Shown here piece after piece: positions 23,387 through 32,090 of a stretch of DNA of 32,090 bases; positions within the stretch are counted from its first letter, which is position 1; each line of letters begins with the position of its first letter. Source of the DNA: Seison nebaliae (lineage: Eukaryota); assembly GCA_023231475.1 (NCBI GenBank), contig JALJEE010001751.1, positions 1 through 32,090 on the forward strand, given 5' to 3'. Under the pieces are notes generated by a model. The model saw only the letters and a list, made by a program, of their open reading frames with translations, made no database searches and was not told where the DNA came from. The translations under genes and the position numbers were made by a program.

Positions 23387-24645
23387 ATGACGACTTTCCA
23401 TATTGTTCATTATTTCTTATTGGCCCTCTTTGGTCTTATTTGCTGTAATTGTGTACCATTGACAAATAATGAAGGAGAAAGGATGTGGGATTCGACGGAA
23501 ATTATTCGGAAAGCGTTAGATATCGATAACGACGTGTTCTACACAGTTTATCAAAACAATTCCACTTGTATCTTATCGAACAAAGAGAATTATCTTTGTC
23601 TTACAGGAATTGTAACCATTAACAAAAGTTTAAAGAAGAATAGTTTCCTATTGTCCCAATACAATTCTTCCAAATTATATATCTTTGATTTGGAGAACCG
23701 TGCAAAATGTCGATTTTTCGATTATGAAATTTATCATTCTCGATCACTCACTACCGATCAAATTAACTGTCAGATATATGTATTAACCGAAAAATTGGCA
23801 ATTCTATACAAGATGAAAGAATTAAAGAAGATAAAGGAGAAAAATATACCTTTCCATTTGGCTGCTATTTCCTCTTTCTTCAAATTGGAGAGCATTATCA
23901 CTTTTCAATACATCTCAAAAATGAAGTTCGTAATTTTTTACAATTCGATCATTAACTAAACTATTTTTTTCTAGTTTATTGTACATTTTAACTGATCGAA
24001 ACGTTTGGTATTGCCATATAGGCAGTACGATAAGAAAGTGTAGGAAAACAGGAATTTACATGAAAGACGAATATACTCGACAATTACAATCGAATGGATA
24101 TTCTTGTGCATTCCATGCCAGGAATTTAATTGTTGACGACCTATACAACTCTCGACGAGAGCAATATTCGTTACCACATGCTTTCCAAAAACATTATTCC
24201 AACATGTGTTTCATTACCGACCAAACGATCCTCATTTATTCAAATTTTCAAATTTGGAAATTCAACGTCACAATGAACCAATTCGTCTTTCTTTCTAATT
24301 TAAAAAATATCAAATTCCTCCAATTCATCCAAATCCCCTCCAGGTTTTCTTCTTCTTTTCTCCCATGTCGTCTAATAATCTTTTATCATAAATCAATTCT
24401 GAAGTGAGGAAAAGAATTGTCCAAACACAAATATTACTTCAGAAACGGAATGTGAAGTTTTCAAAAATACCAATATAGACGAACCACAATTGCCTCAAAA
24501 CTGGACTCAAGTATCGAATGTTAACCGCGTGTTTCGTATGGTAAAACTCACCTTAATTTTGTTAATTTTAATCTGTGTACTTTTGATGATGAGCGTCATA
24601 GTTTCAATACATGTTACTGAATTCAATATTTCGATAATACGATAA
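23387..24645 (+). CDS. Uncharacterised Cys-containing type I membrane protein, 3 exons (introns 23926-23974, 24344-24404)
   Basis: N-terminal signal peptide. Two GTT..AG introns join three open frames. C-terminal hydrophobic helix LTLILLILICVLLMMSVIVSI, and several N-glycosylation sequons. Confidence 0.7.
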
Positions 24646-25087
24646 AAACGTCAAGGAAGTTGCAATTTTTTTTGTAAAACAAAATTTTAGGATAATAACT
24701 CTAATTAATTCCTATCTAGATCACATGTTCGTATATAAATGTTACAAAATTCAACAAAAATTTATGTACAGATAACAATAAAAAGAAGTATCGATAAATA
24801 ATAATATAATTCAAAATTTTATTTCATTTTCAACAAATTCTCCATTTGTAAGACGTTGTAAGAGTTGTTATCTTTCAACAAAAAACGAAATTTTTCAAAA
24901 ATTAAATAAAAATTTTATTTGAATAAAAAAAAAGTAGAAAATTTTATTTAAATTTTCCCACTTTGACTCAATTGGAGAATGATAAATAAAATGTTTTGTT
25001 TCGATAAGGAAAATGTGAATATTATTCCTTGGCATTTTTCTTTTTAAAAAAAAATTAACGAGAAAATTTTATATGAACAATTTGTGT

Positions 25088-26131
25088 TTACAGACGACAT
25101 AAAGTCGCATCGATTTGTCTCAATTCTGGAAGAATTAATTTCAGTTTAAATCGATAATTGTCGACGGAAGCGGCAGGATTCATTTCCAAATAAATGCAAG
25201 ATAATTTGTTTAAATTCTTCAAATGATTTGTTTCTGTCCAAGTGATTTCATTCTTATTCAACCACAATTCTGCTAAATGAACCAAATCATTAATTGCTTC
25301 GATATCAGTGATCATATTGTCAGCAGCATCTAACACTGTCAACATTTTACAAGGTTGAACACCATTTAACGATTTGAGTTTATTAGCAGACGCATAAAAT
25401 TGATCGAGTTGAGGCAAATTTTCCAATTCGTTTCCAAGTGATTCGAAATAGTTGGAGTTGACATCGAGAATCGCGAGTTGTTTCAATTCCCGCAAATTCT
25501 CCAAATGTTCCAAGTAATTTTTCCCTAAATATAACTCCTTCAAATTTTTCAATGCATCCAAATTCTCAATTTTCCTTATTTGATTGTCGCCTAATTCGAG
25601 ATATTTCAACGATTCCAATCCGTCTAATCCTTCGATGGTTTGTAGTCGATTGTTCACTAAATACAAATTCTCTAACGATTTCAATTCACTTAAATTCTCG
25701 ATCTTCTTTATTCGGTTATATGACAAATCTAAACTCTTCAAATGAACGAGACTTCCCAAATTTTCAATTTTTTCAATCTGATTGTCATACAAATCCAATT
25801 CCATTAAAGTTTGAGAGATTGGTGTCAAATTCTCTATTTGTTTAATTAAATTATTTCTGAGACATATCGTTTGACATGCTTTCAACTGCTCCAAATTTTC
25901 GATTTTTGCGATTCGACAATGCTCATAATAAACGTCCAAAGCATCCGGATCAGTCACCATTAACGGATAAGTTTTCACCGGTGGTCTGTCTGTATTCTTT
26001 TCCGCTTTACCTTCCTCTTCTTTTTTCTCCAATTTCACAGTGTCCATTTTCACATGTTCCTCTTGTTTCACTTTCACTTCATTCTCTTTCACTTGACCAT
26101 CATCAGACACAACATTTTCCTCTTTGTCCAT
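25088..26131 (-). CDS. PPP1R7: Protein phosphatase 1 regulatory subunit 7 (SDS22), intronless ORF
   Basis: Tandem 22-aa SDS22-type LRRs (L..LDLYDNQIEKIENL), a charged N-terminal extension and the LRR cap NYRFKLKLILPELRQIDAT. First ATG at 26131. Confidence 0.88.
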   Translation of the reverse strand: MDKEENVVSDDGQVKENEVKVKQEEHVKMDTVKLEKKEEEGKAEKNTDRPPVKTYPLMVTDPDALDVYYEHCRIAKIENLEQLKACQTICLRNNLIKQIENLTPISQTLMELDLYDNQIEKIENLGSLVHLKSLDLSYNRIKKIENLSELKSLENLYLVNNRLQTIEGLDGLESLKYLELGDNQIRKIENLDALKNLKELYLGKNYLEHLENLRELKQLAILDVNSNYFESLGNELENLPQLDQFYASANKLKSLNGVQPCKMLTVLDAADNMITDIEAINDLVHLAELWLNKNEITWTETNHLKNLNKLSCIYLEMNPAASVDNYRFKLKLILPELRQIDATLCRL

Positions 26132-26719
26132 TACTCTCAATCTCGACGAATGCGAATTACAGTTTTTTCAAAGATAAATGACGATTGTTTCACAATGAAA
26201 TCGATTGAACAAAAGAATATTCCTTCATACACTTTCTTCAATAAACTCACGTAATTCAAATTAATTTCCTCATTTTCTACAATGAAACATTTAAAAAAAA
26301 ACCGTTCAAAATCTAAGTTTATCAGCTCATTATGATTCGTCATTCTTCAATAATACACAAATTAAAAATTTCCTACTTTTATTCAAATTGGCACGCCAAA
26401 TATTAGAAATAATTTAAAAATATTGTGAAAATTTAATTTCAATTTTAAAAATAATTAAAATTTAAATTTCTAAAAAATTTTCCTAATAATTCTACTTGAG
26501 ATTTTTGGGATAATTCAATTTAAATTTTATGAATAAAACTTACCCGAAAATTGAAATTTTCACTAAAAAGGAAATTTTATTTAATATTCCAAAAATTCCT
26601 TAAATCAAATTCTTATTTTAATTTCCGAACACAGGCACACACATACACTCCTTCCCTCTTAATTATTTTCATAAAATGGAAATTATGATGAGTCAACCGA
26701 ATTATGAAGTAATTTGTAA

Positions 26720-29700
26720 TCAAGAAGGCCCTTGTACCCAATGGGCAAGGGGTTTTGGTTGTCCGCTGTTCGTTTGAAGTTGACAATAGATGCCTCGTCT
26801 AACACATTCTCGTTTCTCTAAATATAGTAGTGCAAGTCGTTCACTCTCTTTAATAGATACATAATATTCTTTGCGTAAGAATCCACCAATGTCCTTCTTC
26901 GATGTACTCTTCGACATGATTAGTAAAACTTCATCGACTATTTCCATAAAATGTTAATTGGATGAATGATTTAAAATAAACTGTTGGATGATTCTGAGTG
27001 TGGCATGGTATATAAGAACCATCGTTTGAAATCCTCCGAATTTAATTCGACCTAAAACCAATTGAATTGAGGAAATTGAAGAAAAAGAAAAGTTAACGCG
27101 TTGTGTTCCCTCCCGCAAATTTGATGTGCTATCCCAAAAATTATATCTTTGTCCCATATTCGGAATATTTGCCTGTCCATTCGAATTGGGAAAATTCAAA
27201 TTTGGTGGTTTTTGAAAAGAAGACGGCTCTGTGAAAATCGGTAGTTGATCATGATTTAATTGTTGATTTAACTCCTTAAATGTCGTTTGCAAATTATTAT
27301 TAGACTCCTGAGAAAGATTTCATCAAAATTATTTGAAAACGGAGGAAAACATTCAAATTGGAAGGGAAATGTTGCTCATGATTGTCAAAGAAGTTGGATG
27401 ATGAAAATTCGTCTGGTGACGGTTTCCTTCTCATTCTGTTATCGTTCGAACTGTCATTAATTTGATTCAGTAACGATTGGTTAGATATCTCCGTCGGTTG
27501 ATGATGTTCCACACAATTCATACTGGTTGGCATCTTATCCATCAGATCATTCCTAATGATTGGTGATTCAACCTAATTCCATTGAAATAGAAAATAAGAA
27601 TTTTTAAATTAATTCATCAAATAAACTTCTTTATTAACAGATTCGTTATTGAACTTTAATTCGTTAATCAATTCGTTCGTCGCAAAATTGTCAATCGCAC
27701 AATCACTAAACGATAAAAATATTAATTAGATAATTGAGAGATTTTATGGAAAATATGTAAATTTAATAATTCTAATGATCTTTATATACGAACTTTGGAA
27801 AAAATAATTTGGTTGAAATTGGTCCTTTGGAAATGGCTTCTTCTATTTTCTTTTCCAATATAGACGAACCATAAAAATGAGCTTTCTTCTCGATATTCTT
27901 ACAATTACCTTCAATGATCGGTGGGTATTCGCTATAATAAAACGGATTCTTCTTCTCTTTCTCATCCGTCTTCCACAGTACACAATAATCATACAATCTA
28001 TAAAATTTATCATCAACTCCACGCTTGCATGGGAGATCGGCAGTGAAATATTTGCCATCGAACCAGTCGATCATAGTTTGACGATTGTATGGACCATGAA
28101 TAACGGTTTTGGGGTCGATGTAAAACCATTCGTAAGCATAACAATTATCATCGGGTAATGAACTGATCATTTTCGTCAATAATTTCTTTCCACTCATCAC
28201 CACCGCATTTGACATTCCTCGATTGGTCTGTTGATTGAGGAGTAAGTCAACTTTAATTTTATTGAACGTTTCCTTCTGCTTATTATCAGGATTATTCCAA
28301 ACATTTCTCGGAACATTATGATTCGTTTTCACCACTTTATGTTGTTGTTCGTTCTCTGATTTCATTTTCATATAATTCTCATTTGAATCATTCATTGAAC
28401 GAGATGAATTGATGGGTGGAAAGTTTTGTGATAATTCGTTGAAATTCCCTTCATCCAAACTCATTCGATACATGACATTCATCATTTGATTGTCTGAAAT
28501 ATTTTGTTGACTTTTCGTTCGATTTTCATTTAATTTTCCAAAAGATTCATTCGTTCCTGTTGAAATTAATTGATCAAAATTTTTACATTTAAAGTGTGTC
28601 TTATCAACCGAAATCGAATCAGAGAATAATTCTTCATTTATCGGTAAATGATCGTCTTGAGAGAAAGTGTGAAAATTCTTCTCGTCGTTGTCATCGTCAA
28701 CTGGAATTTGATCATTAATTGTCGTCAGTTCAGCTGGGAAATCTTCTTTAATTTCACCAAATTCTAAAATTGGATTTATGGAATCATTCACTTTACTCTC
28801 ATCTGTCAACTGTTCACATTTCGTTTGAATGGCTTCCTTCATTTCTTTTCCGATTTCATTTTCCTTCTCGTCCGTCTCAATATCAACAATTATTTGATCA
28901 TCCGATCGCTTAGAGAGTGAATCATGATCCATTTCCATTTTCTCCTGTGACGAGGTGTGAATAGAAGATTTGGAATTGGGAGGAATGTGTCGTTGCTTCG
29001 AATAATGACTCGAATTGTCAGAATGAAGAAATGTAAGTTTGGTATCTTCTGATTCAGTGTCATTACGAGATGATGCAGGAAAATAAGAATGGTTCATATA
29101 TCTCTTGACTACTGGACCACCGTGCACTCCAGTACGCATCGGAAAATTTTTGTTGATGAGTGTTCTAATATCATCCGGTTTCTTATATTCATCTTCTTTC
29201 AATAATAAATTAGTCGATTTCAAAATTTCATAAAATTCATTTTCTCTTTCAAATTTGTATTGATTGTCACTGGTTGACATCTCGTCAAATATTTCGAGTA
29301 AACGTTCGTTGGAATAATAAAGATGTCCTTTCTTCTCATCTTTGATTGAAGTGGATTTTATTACTTCATCATTTGATAATTTCTCATCCTTCACAATTTG
29401 CCCTACACACAATTGCTCATCTTCATGACTGTAAGAGCTTCGTTGATTTCGTGGACGTCTCGAATTCGTCACAAATTTGAGGAATGGCAAACGCTTCCCA
29501 CTCGAATGACCACCACTTCCAATTCCCTCGTTGTAATGAAATTGTCGATGAGAATTATGATGATAATTATGATGATGGTGATGATAATGAGAAGTATTAT
29601 TAATATTATTATTATTATTATTGTTCGTATTCGTTCCGAAAGTTCCATCATTATTCCGCGCAAATGAACCGGTTCCAGCGCGCGGTCTATTTCCTTTAAA

Positions 29701-30012
29701 ATTTGCTCGACCAAACGTCGAACTTCCAACATTCGAACGATTGTGGAGATTACCACCATTCCCACCACCACCTAGAGCGTTGTTGTTGTTATTATTTTTA
29801 TTAGGATTCGAATACATCTTACTTCCATGATAACAATGAGAATTATTGTTGTTATTATTTATATTGGCATTATTCCCTGAATTAATTGCTCTGCAATTTT
29901 GATGATGTTGTTCTTGTTCGTGAGCGATCTCTTCCGTAGGAATATCGAATTGACTGGAAAGCCAATCAGGTACAAAATCGGATTCTTTTTTCTTCTTCTT
30001 TTGTTCTTCCAT
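26720..30012 (-). CDS. GIGYF: GIGYF-family (GRB10-interacting GYF) protein, 6 coding exons (introns 27706-27793, 27573-27626, 27308-27350, 27052-27097, 26938-26981)
   Basis: N-terminal FVPDWL (compare FGPEWL), YxxxxLL motif YSNERLL, GYF domain WFYIDPKTVIHGPYNRQTMIDWFDGKYFTADL and C-terminal ESERLALLYLEKR. The five introns restore one frame. Confidence 0.78.
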
Positions 30013-30042
30013 TGCACCGATCAACAATTAAATGACAATTTC

Positions 30043-31810
30043 CTGCAAACGGGATTATCTTAATAATAATTCGCCAACATTAGACATGAAATTAACACGA
30101 AGAATCGAAAAAGAAAATAGAAAGAAATGAATGAGAAAAAGAAAGGAAAGAAAGATGAGATCATGTTCTTGTCTCCAATGTATTGTCCATTTTTTCGTCA
30201 TGAGAAATGGAGTCGTTCATCAATGAGTGATAAAGAAAACAACATTCACACCAAATTCATTCGTAAATTTGAGAAAATGAAAAATTTATTAAATTTTAAT
30301 AAAATTTTCATTTTATTCAAAAATTAATAGAAATTTTTATATTAACATCCACATGTAAGATGTACGTGTATAGAAATGAATTGGGCGGAGAAAATAATAA
30401 GTAATTTGATTGATGACAATATATGAAGGAAAGAAAGAAAAACGACATTAATGGAAGGGGAGGGGAGGTCAAGTCAACAAACATTTCTTTCAAAAATAAA
30501 ACCTATTGAAGAACATCTATAGAAGAAGAGAAATAGAGATATCGAATAATAAATAAATCCTCCTTCAACTGAATGAGCTATACCTTTTGCTCTCTTTTTA
30601 TATTCGTCAATTTGTCTTATTAATTTACATACACATATACCTACAAACAACTACACTCACACATATACACACACACACACACTTCGACATCTGCATATTC
30701 CCATATACACGAACATAGTCGCATACGCACCTAACATATATGTATTCACTTAATCCAAGAGTTTACATATGAAATCTACTCAAAATTAATTTCAATTCCT
30801 TGTTATCTATTCGCTCTACAGTGCATATGTGACAAAGAAGTTAGAACTATAAATAAATTTCATACACACGCACACACAAACAGACCCACATACACATACA
30901 CCACAACGGAATGGCTGACCCTTCTTTTTCCTATAGAAAGAAAATTCCATTTATTGAATCGTCTTCTCATTTTCAAGTTTCTTCTTGTCATTACTAGCAA
31001 ATATCAGTCAAAGTAGTAAGCCAAATATAATTCGCCATTCAATTATTTTTATTATCTGAATAATAAATCATAAATACAAATAAATTCGTCAAATAGTCAG
31101 AGGAACCAATGAATTCGAGCGAAGGACGACGGTAATCCTTCAGTCCGAGTAGCTAATCTAATAAATATTTATTATATTAAAGTTGAATAAGAAGAAGGTC
31201 AGTAATTAATTAATTAGTAATTGATATTCTGATAGTTATGTGGAATAATTTAGAAGTGTAGATAATTATCAATTAATGATGACGGTCGATCATTTACCAT
31301 CATATACTCTTAAACATAAGAAAAATTTATATGAATTTATGCATTTATCATAAACCTTTATAAATAACTTCATAATGATCGGGAAGTTATGAACATTCTC
31401 TTCTTACAATTCTGACAAGATATTTAAATCTAGATGAATATTGTTCACCTCTATTTTTTCATTCCTCCACCTCATACACACACACCCACACACACAGAGC
31501 TATATACACTAAGAGAACGATGAATAGGAATTTCCTTTGTGAAATAAAATTATTTGTTTATTATTAACTTCATCCGGTCATCCCTCTTCTTCATACAATA
31601 CTCATTTTCCTTCTCAACAACTAACTACAATTATTCCGTCCGCCAATCTCTACCAGATGGAACGAGTTTCCATCAAATTTCTAATCGAATTCCGAATAAA
31701 CTTAATCGACTCCAATAAACAGTAATCATAATGAAATTAGTTGAAGAACATGTTGTTGAACATCAAAATATCCGTTTTACGTTTCCCGAATAGAAAATTA
31801 TTGGGCTTAC
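30043..31810 (-). other. Candidate 1.77-kb 5'-UTR intron of the GIGYF gene
   Basis: Minus-strand donor AAG|GTAAGC at 31810 and acceptor TTTGCAG|G ending at 30043, 30 nt before the ATG, with an upstream CTAAT and a pyrimidine-rich tract. The pairing of the two sites is inferred. Confidence 0.45.
30629..30682 (+). repeat. Imperfect (CA)n tract, with similar tracts at about 30863-30900 and 31475-31496
   Basis: Read directly from the sequence. The tracts are UG-rich on the GIGYF sense strand. Confidence 0.8.
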
Positions 31811-32090
31811 CTTTTGAACGTTAAAATTAATCCGAGTTACTGGTTTCTTCGAAATATCTCGTTTTCTCTCAAACATTTCAGATAAGTTTTATTAGGGCAT
31901 CATTCGTATTCATCCTCAATTTTCTAAATCAAGCACATTTCGTTGGTGTAATTGTAGAATTCCTTGATGTTAATTAAAATAAATAGATATTTATTTATTG
32001 ATGTTCAAGATTTGAAGAATCGAAAGATGTAAATGTGGTTTTCTGAATAATAGTAGAAGTGCCTTTTTTCCATTTATCTCTTCCTATTTA

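Noticed and set aside
26137..26343. 68-aa ORF just upstream of SDS22, and a nearby GTAAGT at 26543 (-)
   Set aside because: No homology signal, and it cannot be assigned as a uORF or UTR exon without transcript data.

Overview
AT-rich, gene-dense window from a compact eukaryotic genome, metazoan by gene content; the taxon cannot be determined from this sequence. Hand-assembled gene models: DNase I-like (-), IQCB1/NPHP5 (-), ACADS (+), a divergent Ser/Thr kinase (-), POGLUT1/rumi (+), an RGS7-family protein (+, one 3.4-kb ORF), an orphan membrane protein (-), a divergent secreted fibrinogen-related protein (+), an orphan type I membrane protein (+), SDS22/PPP1R7 (-) and a GIGYF protein (-). 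A frameshifted reverse-transcriptase remnant sits at the left edge. The most striking signal is the splicing code. Of 33 coding-region introns delimited by hand (31 of them 42-70 nt), 30 begin GTT, 1 GTC, 1 GTA and 1 is ambiguous (GTA or GTT), with almost no +4 to +6 consensus. This inverts the usual GTRAGT donor. Acceptors include more AAG than CAG. A candidate long 5'-UTR intron keeps a canonical GTAAG donor. Other notable items are an RFX X-box just upstream of IQCB1, a 160-bp 97%-identical copy of kinase coding sequence 6.4 kb away, and an RGS domain split by a ~127-aa insert. All exon boundaries are predictions made without transcript data.
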